From positions 406-64,405 of the forward strand of contig CAUTZD010000004.1 of NCBI GenBank assembly GCA_963542825.1: DNA of 64,000 bases. Direction: 5' to 3'. A program made the position numbers and the translations under genes. Source of the stretch: an uncultured Acholeplasmataceae bacterium (GTDB lineage Bacteria > Bacillota_I > Bacilli_A > ML615J-28 > CAG-698). Below the pieces are notes generated by a model, which did not search any database, had not been told where the DNA came from, and was given only the letters and a program-made list of their open reading frames with translations. Below are positions 19,192-29,428 of this stretch, piece after piece; the first letter of the stretch is position 1; each line of letters opens with the position of its first letter.

Positions 19192-19635
19192 ATTTATTTA
19201 CAGCATTTGATTCAATAATAAGAAAAAAGTGGCTAAAAAGCTACTTCTAATTTAAAAGCAATATTTACTTAATATTATATTTATTATTTTGAACACAAAT
19301 AATACAAATGATAAAATTACAGTTGTACGATTTTTTCGTACAACTTCTTATGTGCTTATGTTTTGTAATTTCATATCTACATAGGGACAATTTATCCCTA
19401 TGTAGAAAGTCAGCTAATCATCACACTTTTTTATCTTATTAAAACGATCTATTAAATTTTTATTTTCTAACAAAATATTAACAACATCAAATACTAAAAA
19501 ATACTATATTAAACAATGTGAAAATTGCTTTATTCGCTACTGTTTTTTAGAAAAACAACTTGAAAGTAACTATGTTAAGGGGATTTTTGCTTCGCTATTT
19601 GTTATACAAAATTTATATGCATCAATAAAACATTA

Positions 19636-19722
19636 TGGTGCCACCAGCGGGATTCGAACCCGCACGCTTTGAGGGCGCTTGATTTTGAGTCAAGTTTGTC
19701 TACCAGTTCCAACACGGTGGCA
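19636..19722 (-). tRNA. tRNA-Leu (anticodon CAA), long variable arm, encoded CCA
   Basis: rc reads TGCCACCGTGTTGGAACTGGTAGACAAACTTGACTCAAAATCAAG...GGGTTCGAATCCCGCTGGTGGCACCA. Confidence 0.9.
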
Positions 19723-19762
19723 TTTATTTAGGTACTTATAATATAAGTACCTAAAGCTTTTT

Positions 19763-21250
19763 TTACTCCGTTTTAAGAATCGCATAACCAATAATTTTAT
19801 CGCTATCGATTTTATACTGATTACGCTTTACCTGATTGCCGGAATTTCCTTCAATCGTATAAACATAACCACCTTCAACTTTTTCAACAATTCCGACATG
19901 ATTTAAATTACCATCAAGTTCCCAATCGAAGAATATCATATCACCAGGAAGGGGCGTATAGTCTTTACGCTCACGCCAAAGATTAAAACTGCCACCACCA
20001 GGCACGCCTTTACCAAAATATAAAGCGCCTTCGTCACAGTTTGAAAACTGTCTAAAGTAGCGTCCGCTGACGCCCGCTTCGTTCATGACCCAGCTGACAA
20101 ACATCGCACACCAGTGTCCGTCTTCCCATCCGTACCATAAATTGTATTTAGAATAAGGATCAGAAGCATTGGGACGGTAATATCCAAGGGTCCCAACTTC
20201 CTTTAAGGCAACATTAACAACTGTTTCGCGGTAGTTTTTGGGCTTTTTTTCGCCCTTCACTTCAACAAGAATCTTATTATAAAGTTTATCGTTAGTACGT
20301 GATTTAATAAGAACATAAGTATAACCAGTTTCTCCAGTAGCTAAAACCTTACCGTTTTCGCTAACGCGGGCAATCTTATCATCGCTTACTGAAAACCTAA
20401 GCTGCTCGTAAACTGGTTTAGAACTGTCAAGCTTAAAATCAAAGCTTAGAAGCTCTTCAGCTTGGGGATTAAGCATAACATAGCCTTTTGGAAGATCGAC
20501 GCTTAATTCGCTTGCTTCTTTTTCTTTAAAAACAAGCGTAAATTCTTTTTCGTAATTAGGAGCTTTTTTCATCCCAATCTTTACTGTGTAGCTACCTGGC
20601 ATGCTAGCAGTAAACGTTAGAAAATCCGTCATCCTAAGTTTCTTATCGTGACTTATAGTTAACTCTTTCTCAGGATCAACAAAATCATCACGATTTAAAA
20701 AAGCAATTGCGTTACTGTTTCCAACAGCTGTATAATCTTGTCCAAGCTCTAAAAGTGGAAAGGCTTTGATAATATCAACAACATAAGAAAGAACCGTGTT
20801 TGTTTCCTTATGAGTGATTTTAACTAAACCTTTACCAATCTTAACTGCACTAATTTTTTGACCATCAAACATCAAATAATCATTCGTTTCGACTGTGTAA
20901 TCGGTGATACTATAAAACCCAATAATTCCTAACTGGTGTTTACTATTTAAAGAAACGACGCGTGGCATCTTAACTTTAATATCGACAAAAACTTTCGTTT
21001 CGTATGTTGCCGTGCCAATCTTTGTTTTGATAACTGTATTTCCATAATCCTCAGCGAGAAACACCCCATCACCAACATGCGATACGATGTTTTTGTTTTC
21101 AATCGTGTACTTACGCTTAGGATTATCGAGGCCAAGCGTAAAGGTTTCCTCAAGGCCTACTTTCACAACTTCAAGAGGCATATCGCGTTTCACCTTGCAA
21201 GCGGACAGAACTAAAACACATAAAAAACTTAAAATAATAGCTATTTTTTT
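19763..21250 (-). CDS. Lipoprotein with Ig-like (Big_2-type) region and C-terminal CHAP amidase/peptidase domain
   Basis: Lipobox VLVLSAC. C-terminus contains Cys in WEDGHWCAMFVSW and His in NHVGIV (CHAP). Start probably at MKKIAIIL. Confidence 0.7.
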   Translation of the reverse strand, partial: KKIAIILSFLCVLVLSACKVKRDMPLEVVKVGLEETFTLGLDNPKRKYTIENKNIVSHVGDGVFLAEDYGNTVIKTKIGTATYETKVFVDIKVKMPRVVSLNSKHQLGIIGFYSITDYTVETNDYLMFDGQKISAVKIGKGLVKITHKETNTVLSYVVDIIKAFPLLELGQDYTAVGNSNAIAFLNRDDFVDPEKELTISHDKKLRMTDFLTFTASMPGSYTVKIGMKKAPNYEKEFTLVFKEKEASELSVDLPKGYVMLNPQAEELLSFDFKLDSSKPVYEQLRFSVSDDKIARVSENGKVLATGETGYTYVLIKSRTNDKLYNKILVEVKGEKKPKNYRETVVNVALKEVGTLGYYRPNASDPYSKYNLWYGWEDGHWCAMFVSWVMNEAGVSGRYFRQFSNCDEGALYFGKGVPGGGSFNLWRERKDYTPLPGDMIFFDWELDGNLNHVGIVEKVEGGYVYTIEGNSGNQVKRNQYKIDSDKIIGYAILKTE

Positions 21251-21328
21251 CATACTTTGATTATACACTATTTATCGTATTTCTTGGAAAAAAATTAGTG
21301 GTAGCATATAAATGCTACCACTAATTAA

Positions 21329-23221
21329 CTACCAAATCTTAACCATATCTTCTTCTTTTAAGTACATCTTATCACCAGGAAGAGTTTTAAAAGTTTCGTG
21401 AAACTCTGGTAAGTTCATTACCTGGACGTTACAACGAAGTTCGTGTGGAGCATGAACATCAGACTTTAACAAAAGCTCAGCAAACTCTGGTTTGTCTTTA
21501 CCGCGCCAGCATCTTGCCCACGATAGGAAAAAGCCTTTGTAGTCAGTTAAGCCTTCCTTTTTAAAGCATTCAAGCGCGCAACGGATGCCACCAGCATCGG
21601 CGATGTTTTCGGAAACTGTGAGTTTACCATCACATGGTCCAACTTTAGTTTCACGTTTATCAAAAAGTTTTTCCATCGCTTCAACTTTTTTCGAAAACTT
21701 ATCAAGATCTTCTTTCGTCCACCAGTCTTTCATACAACCCTTTTCATCAAAATGAGCACCATTATTATCAAAAGCATGAGAAATCTCGTGAGCGATAACT
21801 GCACCGATTGAACCATAGTTTTCGGCCCGCGAATGTTTTAAGCTAAAGAATGGATCAGCTAAAATAGCCGCTGGGAAAACAATCATATTCTCAGTTGGTG
21901 AATAGTAAGCATTCACTGTATCTGGTGACATGTGCCAAAGCTTACGGTTTGGTTCTTCAAGATATTTTGAGAATCCATGGCGGGTAACAATTTCCGAAAA
22001 TTTCAAACTAGATTTAAGAAGAGCACCTTCCTTTGCTTCTACAGGAATAAGCAGATCATAATACTTTTCAATTTCCTCAGGATATCCAATATGTGGAACA
22101 ATTTTATCAAGTTTTAAAATGGCTTTTTCTTTTGTTGCTTCGCCTAAAAATTCGTTATTTTTGAGGCGCTCTTTATACGTTTCGATAATATTCAAAACCA
22201 TATGAAGAACTTCCTCTTTGGCTTCAGGACCAAAATACTCATGAGCATAGTAAAGTCCAATTGGCATATCATAAGTTGAACGAACGATATTAAATGCCGA
22301 TTTTTCTTTAATCGATGGCTTTTTAACTCCCATGAGCATACGCATGTAACTGCCAGCGCTCACGCGCGTTGTTTCATCAAGAAGTCGCGTATGATCATAA
22401 ACCGCCCAGCCAAGCATCCAGCTCTTAATTAATGGAAAGTTTTCTTTAGTTACAACTTTACTGAAAGCTTCAGCATATTTTTTAGACATTACATTGATAC
22501 GTGTGAGTTTTTTACCAGTAAGCGTTTCAATAACTGGTGATAGTTTAACTAAACCAAGGAGTTTATCAAACTCTTCTTTTTTCGTTGGGTTAACAAAATT
22601 AACATACTCGGCTTTTTCTAAAGCTGTTGGAACAACATCTTTCAAAATGTTATCGAAAGCTAAACATTCATCAGCGACAGTTATCGCATTTTCATAGCCT
22701 AGTTTGTTTAAGAAAGTTACGAGGTTATCTTTAAACGTTTTAAGAATTTGTTCTTTTAAAGGAAAACTTTCTTGGTAACGAGATTCTTCTCTCAAGATAA
22801 GTTTTGGCCAGCCGAAATGAAAAATATTGACACTTGAATCCATGAAATCAGGTTCAATCCCGGCTTCAAAAGGAAGCGTTAGATTCATTAAAATAAGTTT
22901 TTCAAGTTTTGCGTTGAAATCATCAATAGTATTAATACTGTCAATAAAACTAGTAATCTCTTTTAAAGGTTTAATGCCGTCGCGCTCACGCGTCTTAAAA
23001 TCGGTTGCGAGTTTATAAAAACTGTAGGCATTCTTAAGTGATTGATCTTTCAAAACCTTTTTAGATTTGAAATCGTGGGCAATTGTTTTCTCGATATTTT
23101 CGTGAAGCAAACTAAACGAACCAATTCTTGGCATATCGCCAGGAATGCGGTGACGCTTAATCCAGCCCTTATTAACTTTTGTGTAAAAGTCATCCGTATA
23201 TTTCATAACTTTTTCCTCCAA
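21329..23221 (-). CDS. pepO: M13 family zinc metalloendopeptidase (PepO / neprilysin-like)
   Basis: HEISHAFD (HExxH), ENIADAGG, family length. Confidence 0.85.
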   Translation of the reverse strand: MEEKVMKYTDDFYTKVNKGWIKRHRIPGDMPRIGSFSLLHENIEKTIAHDFKSKKVLKDQSLKNAYSFYKLATDFKTRERDGIKPLKEITSFIDSINTIDDFNAKLEKLILMNLTLPFEAGIEPDFMDSSVNIFHFGWPKLILREESRYQESFPLKEQILKTFKDNLVTFLNKLGYENAITVADECLAFDNILKDVVPTALEKAEYVNFVNPTKKEEFDKLLGLVKLSPVIETLTGKKLTRINVMSKKYAEAFSKVVTKENFPLIKSWMLGWAVYDHTRLLDETTRVSAGSYMRMLMGVKKPSIKEKSAFNIVRSTYDMPIGLYYAHEYFGPEAKEEVLHMVLNIIETYKERLKNNEFLGEATKEKAILKLDKIVPHIGYPEEIEKYYDLLIPVEAKEGALLKSSLKFSEIVTRHGFSKYLEEPNRKLWHMSPDTVNAYYSPTENMIVFPAAILADPFFSLKHSRAENYGSIGAVIAHEISHAFDNNGAHFDEKGCMKDWWTKEDLDKFSKKVEAMEKLFDKRETKVGPCDGKLTVSENIADAGGIRCALECFKKEGLTDYKGFFLSWARCWRGKDKPEFAELLLKSDVHAPHELRCNVQVMNLPEFHETFKTLPGDKMYLKEEDMVKIW

Positions 23222-23275
23222 TATTATGGTTAATTATACCCCACCTTATAATATTTAGGTCAATTTTATTATTAA

Positions 23276-23300
23276 AAAATCCTGCCTCTTCGGCAGGATT
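23276..23300 (-). terminator. Rho-independent terminator (AATCCTGCC-gaagag-GGCAGGATT plus T-run) after mgtC
   Basis: Read directly. Confidence 0.55.
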
Positions 23301-23307
23301 AAAAGCA

Positions 23308-24039
23308 CTATAGTTCTTCAACTTTATAAACAAAGTTATTCGAAGCAAGCGAAGTCAAAGACTCATCAAAAATTGTCAAGGAAGGAACAGACAAATAAAC
23401 AATTAATTCTTTAAACTGAACATCGTTTTGTTTGAAAGTATTAACAAGAAACGTCTTTCTTATCGTTGCTCCTGTTTCCTTAATTTTGTTTAAGACTTCT
23501 TCTTCGTGGGCTTCCTCAAACGTTATATCAACACGGTGAACTTTTTTTCCAATAATTAATTTATCACTTAAATGCCGTGATAAATAACTAAAAGGTAACA
23601 CGATAATGACGGTTACAAGAACGGCGATATAGTTATAAATACCACCAGTTCCAATTAAAAGTCCAAGAGCCGCAACAACCCATAAAAGGGCCGCGGTTGT
23701 GATGCCTTTAACGCTAGCTTTAGTATGGATAATTGTTCCCGCACCTAAAAAACCAATTCCGCTAACGACCTGAGCAATGATTCGACCTTGGTCAACCTTA
23801 ACAATTGCCTGAAAAGCAGAGTCCTCAACGGTCGTTGCGGTATGCGTAACGTTTTGCTGAAGGATAGCAATGAGACAGGAACCAACGCAAACAAGCGTGA
23901 AGGTTAAAAATCCCGCGGGTTTACTTTTAATCTCCCGTTCGTAGCCAACACTAGCACCAACGATGACAGCAGCAAGAACTTGTAACGCCTGCTCTAAAAC
24001 TCGCCACCAATTAACATCAAGTTTAAATAAAAATTCCAT
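23308..24039 (-). CDS. mgtC: MgtC/SapB family membrane protein
   Basis: N-terminal QALQVLAAVIVGASVGYEREIKSKPAGF is typical of MgtC. Confidence 0.8.
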   Translation of the reverse strand: MEFLFKLDVNWWRVLEQALQVLAAVIVGASVGYEREIKSKPAGFLTFTLVCVGSCLIAILQQNVTHTATTVEDSAFQAIVKVDQGRIIAQVVSGIGFLGAGTIIHTKASVKGITTAALLWVVAALGLLIGTGGIYNYIAVLVTVIIVLPFSYLSRHLSDKLIIGKKVHRVDITFEEAHEEEVLNKIKETGATIRKTFLVNTFKQNDVQFKELIVYLSVPSLTIFDESLTSLASNNFVYKVEEL

Positions 24040-24041
24040 AA

Positions 24042-25343
24042 TTACCTCACGATTTCGTAAACCATCGGTTTAATTTTTGGTTTACTCTTAGTAATTGTAT
24101 AAGCATCCATAACTTTTTGGTAAGCTTCTTTCTTACCTTTTTCGTTAACGTAAAGAAAAGCTAACGTTTCACCTTTAGACACATAATCGCCAGGCTTTTT
24201 AATAATTCTTAGGCCAACCCCTAAATCAATTTTATCATCTTTTGTCTCGCGCCCAGCTCCAAGATTCATTGCTGCAACACCAATCGATGTCGTATCAATT
24301 TCATTGACGTAACCCTCAAGGAGCGATTTAACTTCTACTGTTTCTTTAAAGTTTGGGAAAAGTTTATAATCATCAATAACTTCAGGATTACCTTTTTGGT
24401 ACATAATCATTTCCCGAAGTTTTTCAAGAGCCTTGCCAGATTTGATGGCATCATCAACAGCAATTAAAGCAAGATCACGATTTGGATATTTACCAGTCAT
24501 TAAAAGTAGTTCAACGACAAGTTCATAAACTAAAAGCTTTAAATCGCTCGCGCCCCTACCTTTTAAAACCTCGATCGCTTCCATAACTTCAAGGCTGTTA
24601 CCAACATATTCCCCAAGGGGAGCATCCATATTTGTAAGTAAAGCTACTGTCTTTTTTCCAAAAGCTGAACCAATCTTGACCATTTTGCTGGCAAGAACCC
24701 TCGCATCATCAAGCGTTTTCATAAAAGCGCCACTACCAACCTTAACATCAAGAAGGATGTATTCGGCACCGCTTGCTAGTTTCTTACTCATAATCGAAGA
24801 AGCGATAAGACCAGAATTATCAACAGTTCCCGTGACATCACGTAAAGCGTAAAGTTTTTTATCAGCAGGTGCGATATCTTTAGTTTGACCAACGACTGCT
24901 AAACCAATCTTTTCGACTTGATTGTTGAATTCTTTACTAGTTAGGTTAATCGAAAAACCAGGAATCGATTCAAGCTTATCAAGTGTTCCACCAGTATGCC
25001 CAAGTCCCCGACCACTCATCTTCGCAAGCTTAAGCCCAAGAGATGCGAGAATTGGGGCAACCATCAAAGTTGTCGTATCACCAACCCCTCCTGTCGAGTG
25101 CTTGTCAACACAAATCCCTGAGATATGACTTAAGTCAATCATTTCTCCAGATTCAACCATCGCCTTTGTTAAAAAATAAATTTCTTCTTCGGTTAAATCA
25201 TTAAAGATGATTGCCATAAGTAGAGCACTAGTTTGATAGTCAGGAATCGTTTGATCAAGAAGACCCTTAACAAAAAACTTGATTTCTTCGTTTGTTAAGC
25301 TCTCTTTATGCTTTTTCTTTTCGATTAAATCTATCATATGCAT
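24042..25343 (-). CDS. pdp: Pyrimidine-nucleoside (thymidine) phosphorylase
   Basis: CVDKHSTGGVGDTTTL, SGRGLGHTGGTLDKLE. Confidence 0.9.
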   Translation of the reverse strand: MHMIDLIEKKKHKESLTNEEIKFFVKGLLDQTIPDYQTSALLMAIIFNDLTEEEIYFLTKAMVESGEMIDLSHISGICVDKHSTGGVGDTTTLMVAPILASLGLKLAKMSGRGLGHTGGTLDKLESIPGFSINLTSKEFNNQVEKIGLAVVGQTKDIAPADKKLYALRDVTGTVDNSGLIASSIMSKKLASGAEYILLDVKVGSGAFMKTLDDARVLASKMVKIGSAFGKKTVALLTNMDAPLGEYVGNSLEVMEAIEVLKGRGASDLKLLVYELVVELLLMTGKYPNRDLALIAVDDAIKSGKALEKLREMIMYQKGNPEVIDDYKLFPNFKETVEVKSLLEGYVNEIDTTSIGVAAMNLGAGRETKDDKIDLGVGLRIIKKPGDYVSKGETLAFLYVNEKGKKEAYQKVMDAYTITKSKPKIKPMVYEIVR

Positions 25344-25399
25344 AATAAAAGTTCTCCTTTTTAGAGTATTAGTATACCATAATTTCCTAGTTTTTTCTA

Positions 25400-26356
25400 T
25401 TATTTATATTTTGCAATAAGCATAATGCGATTCTTTGTTGGGTTCAAATTAATGGTTGAAATGGGCAGAGTAAAATCAAATGGTTTATTATCATACATTT
25501 CAAGCCAGTATAAAAAGGTAAACCCAGGCTTTACAGGATCAGAAGGCTTTTCAAGCGGCTTTCCATAATAAAACTTCTGCCTTAAAGTTTTGATACTACC
25601 ATTTTCATCATTCATGTTATAGTCAAAAGTTGCATGTCCATATAATTCAATATCGATAACTATGCTAGTCAGGAGTTTTTCACTACCAAAAATATATGAT
25701 TTTTGATTAGCCCTGGCTTCTGTAAAAAAGTTATAGCTATTTAAAAACTCTGGTTCTTCTAAATAGCTACCAATTTGCTTCACCTGATAAAACTTAACGT
25801 TAACGAGTTTATAAGTTACAAGCACTTGGCTTTTTACCTCAAGAACTTCTGCTGTAAAATATTTGTTAGAAGCTGTAAATTGAGCCGCCAAAACCAAAAG
25901 ATCCGTGCGATTATCAGCTAAAAGCTTTTCGTGAATCAAATAGTTACTGAGGTTTTTATACAAAATAATACTGTCATCACGTGTGAGCGAAAGCTTTGTC
26001 ATCAGCTCTTCGATCTTTTGTTTTTCGTTAGTTTCAGGGCTTATCTTTTCTTTAATCATTAAGTAAAACCCGGAATATAAAACACTAGGTTCATAAACAG
26101 CTTTTAAAACGATGTCTTTTTTAACTGGTTCTATAAACTCGTATTTTGCGCCATCAAGCTCCCAGTGCTTAAAAACAAACCCCGGTTTTTTTGGATCAAT
26201 TGGTTTATTAACTAAAGAATTTTCGGTAACTTTTTTAGTAACTAAAGAACTACCATTGTCTTCATCAAACGTTACAGTAAACGTTTTGGTTTTAACGGTG
26301 CAACCAGTTAAAACAAACAGTAAAAAAACTAGTGCTGCTTTATAAAACATTTTCAT
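25400..26356 (-). CDS. Lipoprotein with two Listeria-Bacteroides repeats
   Basis: Lipobox FVLTGC. TFTVTFDEDNGS...FKHWELDG and GFTFLYWLE repeat signatures. Start overlaps the stop of the upstream gene (TAATG). Confidence 0.65.
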   Translation of the reverse strand: MKMFYKAALVFLLFVLTGCTVKTKTFTVTFDEDNGSSLVTKKVTENSLVNKPIDPKKPGFVFKHWELDGAKYEFIEPVKKDIVLKAVYEPSVLYSGFYLMIKEKISPETNEKQKIEELMTKLSLTRDDSIILYKNLSNYLIHEKLLADNRTDLLVLAAQFTASNKYFTAEVLEVKSQVLVTYKLVNVKFYQVKQIGSYLEEPEFLNSYNFFTEARANQKSYIFGSEKLLTSIVIDIELYGHATFDYNMNDENGSIKTLRQKFYYGKPLEKPSDPVKPGFTFLYWLEMYDNKPFDFTLPISTINLNPTKNRIMLIAKYK

Positions 26357-26703
26357 TAGTTTAACCTCATTCTAATAATAATGAACGCAATAACAATCCC
26401 GATATTGACAAAAATTCCGGTAATTCCTAAAACAAGACCAACAACGCTGAAAGGCTTGAGATTTTTTTCTGCGGGCCTACGCGATAAAATAATCGCAATA
26501 ATACTTAAAACAAAAATGGGAATTAGAAATCCTAAAATTGCTAAAATAAAACTAAGGATAGGGTTGTCCTTTAAGTCAGAAGGATTTCGGTATTCTTTCT
26601 TGATAGCCTCTTCTTCCTTTTTTGTTAAAAACTCATACTGACAATTTGGACAAGTTTTGTTAAAATCATCATTTTCTTGACCACAACGTAAACATTTTTT
26701 CAT
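26356..26703 (-). CDS. Zinc-ribbon plus DUF4190-like two-TM membrane protein (115 aa)
   Basis: CLRCGQ...CPNCQ zinc ribbon, then two hydrophobic helices flanking SRRPAEKN. Confidence 0.6.
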   Translation of the reverse strand: MKKCLRCGQENDDFNKTCPNCQYEFLTKKEEEAIKKEYRNPSDLKDNPILSFILAILGFLIPIFVLSIIAIILSRRPAEKNLKPFSVVGLVLGITGIFVNIGIVIAFIIIRMRLN

Positions 26704-27143
26704 CGGCTTTTCTTTTCCTTTTTTAATTCTTTTTCTTTAAGACTTTGTCTTTTATCATATAACTTCTTACCTTGACATAAAGAAATCTCAAGTTTAATTA
26801 ATCCGCCTTTTAAATATAGTTTGGTTGGGATAAGCGTTAACCCTTTTTCGTGAATTTTGGAACCGAGACGCACAATCTCCGTTTTGTGAAGCAAAAGCTT
26901 ACGATCGCGCGTTTCCTCATGATTAAACAAAGTTCCCTTACGGTACTTACTAATATTTAAAAGGGAAACAAAAATTTGTCCTCCCTTAATATAGCAGTAA
27001 CTATCATTAAAACTAACGCCGTGTTCTCTCAAAGCCTTAACTTCAGTTCCCGTTAAGACAATCCCAGCTTCAAAGCGCTCAATTACTTTATAGTTGAAAG
27101 AGACTTTTTTATTAACTAAAATTGTTTTTTCTTTGTTATCCAC
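26700..27143 (-). CDS. smpB: SsrA-binding protein SmpB
   Basis: VNKKVSFNYKVIERFEAGIVLTGTEVKALRE is canonical SmpB. Confidence 0.9.
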   Translation of the reverse strand: MDNKEKTILVNKKVSFNYKVIERFEAGIVLTGTEVKALREHGVSFNDSYCYIKGGQIFVSLLNISKYRKGTLFNHEETRDRKLLLHKTEIVRLGSKIHEKGLTLIPTKLYLKGGLIKLEISLCQGKKLYDKRQSLKEKELKKEKKSR

Positions 27144-29093
27144 TTACTATCTCGAGATCAATTTCGCCTTTGTATTTGTTAGCGTGTTTTACTCGTACTT
27201 TTATTTTACCACCGATTTCATAATGTTTGCTGTTTATTATTACAAAACCGTCTTTTAAGTTAACAATTGGCTTACGCTTTAAATGCCTGAAAACAACGAG
27301 ACCTTCAAAACCATCATTAAAATTCACAAACATTCCAAACTCTTGAATGTTCATAATGATGCCTTGGTATACTGAGCCAAGATGTTTTTCCATATATTCA
27401 GCCCCCTTTATTGAGAGAAGCGTTCGTTCTAATGCAAGTGCATTTTTTTCTTTTTCGTTGATGCTACTTATAACAGCTTCGATATCTGGAAGTGTGTATC
27501 CTTCCTCTTTAAAAAGCTCTCTATGAATTAACCAGTTAATATAAAGATCAGAGAAGCGTCTAATTGGCGCCGTAAAGTGAGTGTAGCAAGAGCTTCCAAG
27601 GCCAAAGTGTCCGATGTTTGAGGCTGTATATTCAGCCTTTGCAAGCGAGCGTAATAGAAGCGAGCGGTAAGCTAAATTGTCAGGAAGCGTTTTATCTAAA
27701 TAATTATAAGTACTAGCCTTTAGGCGTTCTTTAACCAAAAAGCCTTTAGCTTTTAAAAAGGCTTTGAGCATTTTTTCTTTTTGAACTGGAGGTCGATCGT
27801 GAACACGATATATTGTATCAACATTTGTTTCCTTTAAAAAAGAAGCTACCGTTTCGTTAGCGATAATCATCAGTTCTTCAATGAGGTCTTCCATAGTATA
27901 ACGCTTACGATTAACAAAATTTAAAAGAAAACCATTTTTATCAAGTTCTAAAAAATATTCAGGAAACGTAAAATTGATGCGGCGGCGATGAACATCGCGG
28001 GCTTTTAAAACGCCTAAAAACTCTCTAAAAAGAAGGGCTAAGCTATGATACTTTTCTTCTTTATTTATAAGAGCTCTTTCTAGTCCCTCATAACTTAGCC
28101 GGTCACTAACAACAATTGTTAAAGGCTTTATGTTCTTTTTTCTATTAGACCCTCGTTTGTTAGAAAAAACTCAACCCCAATAACTTTCCGCATTTCGCCT
28201 TTTTTTAAACTACATACGCCGTTTGAAATCGCTTCTGGGAGCATCGGAAAAACATAGTCAGAAAGATAAAGGCTTGTCGTCCGAAAAAGCGCCTCACAAG
28301 CGATTTTCGATTGATTTCGGACATAAAACCCAACGTCAGCGATATAAACACCAATTTGATAACCGTTTTCTACTTTTGTGATTTTGATAGCATCATCCAG
28401 GTCTTTAGCACTAACTGCGTCTACCGTATAAATGTTTTTAGTAACAGGATCCATTAAAGGCGCGTCTTTTATTTTTCTTGATTCAAGGATAACATCTTCG
28501 GGAAACTTTGGGTGAAACCCAAACTCGTAAACGAGGCGCACAATATCACCACTACGTCCCTTAAGTGAATCAAGAGTTTTTAAAACCTCAACTTTTAAAA
28601 GACCAATATTTAAATTAACAGGTGTAAGTTTTACTAAAAGAACGGTATCACTTTTAAAGTCTTCTGAAGTTTCGAAAAGAAACGAAAAATTAGATTTCAA
28701 AAAAGTTTCAAAAATTTTCTCCCTAGTTAAATACCCATAAGTTTTCTCCGGAAACGGCTCAATAATATCATAAACATATGCCACTTCTCCTTTTGCAATG
28801 CTTGCCCCGATACGGTAAATGGCTTTAGCCCCAGAAAAAGCATAAAAGGCACGCGATTTAAAAACCTTAATTCCATCCACGCTAAAATGCATTCCCCCTT
28901 CATACTTTAAAGTTCCGACATTTACTCCGCCATCAAAAAACCGAAACTTACCGTTTGAAAAGAAAATCTTAAAATCTTTCCGAAAACTATTTAAAATCTT
29001 TCGGGCCTTTATTTCGTTAATCTTAGTTTTATCTAAAAACTCCAAAAACGTAAAAGGCTTATGAAATAACTGTTTTAATTCATTTATTGTCAC
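27136..29093 (-). pseudogene. rnr: RNase R (rnr) split into two ORFs (28128..29093 N-part and 27136..27894 C-part) by a -1 frameshift in a T6 (A6 on the coding strand) homopolymer at 28136-28141
   Basis: N-part has the RNB start AKDLDDA. C-part has ELMIIANE plus an S1 domain. The frame joining them is open across the 233-bp gap. Adding one A gives ...GLIEKKNIKPLTIVVSDRLSY, which aligns to the B. subtilis RNase R segment GEVVEHRIFPSVIKTTERMTY. Confidence 0.75.
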
Positions 29094-29143
29094 GTTTATT
29101 CTTCCTATTTAAAAAGGCGCTTTTAAAAGCGCCACCTTCATTT

Positions 29144-29386
29144 TTAATTATGCGTAAAAAAGGCTACTACGAATGCCAGGATCAAAAAGACAACGCTTAA
29201 TGATGTCGTAATCCAGCCAACCCAAGCTTCAATTCCGCGCCGTTTGCGATTTGCAAAAAGTTCGGATTTACGTCCCGTAAACGCTTCGTTAGCATCTTCT
29301 TTTGTTTCTTGTAAAATGATAATAATAATCAAAAGAATTGATACGATAATTAATAGAATATCCCAAACAGTCATAGATTCCTCCAC
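29144..29386 (-). CDS. secG: Preprotein translocase subunit SecG
   Basis: 80 aa, two TM helices. LQE.K....FTGRKSELFANRKRRG resembles the SecG loop. Conserved secG-rnr-smpB neighbourhood. Confidence 0.65.
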   Translation of the reverse strand: MEESMTVWDILLIIVSILLIIIIILQETKEDANEAFTGRKSELFANRKRRGIEAWVGWITTSLSVVFLILAFVVAFFTHN

Positions 29387-29428
29387 TGCATTCTAGATTA
29401 TACTTTAATACCATGGTTTTAGCAAGGT

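Noticed and set aside
26700-27143. Searched the smpB neighbourhood for tmRNA (ssrA)
   Set aside because: No tRNA-like 3' end (GGTTCGA..CCACCA) other than the four annotated tRNAs was seen. ssrA is evidently elsewhere.
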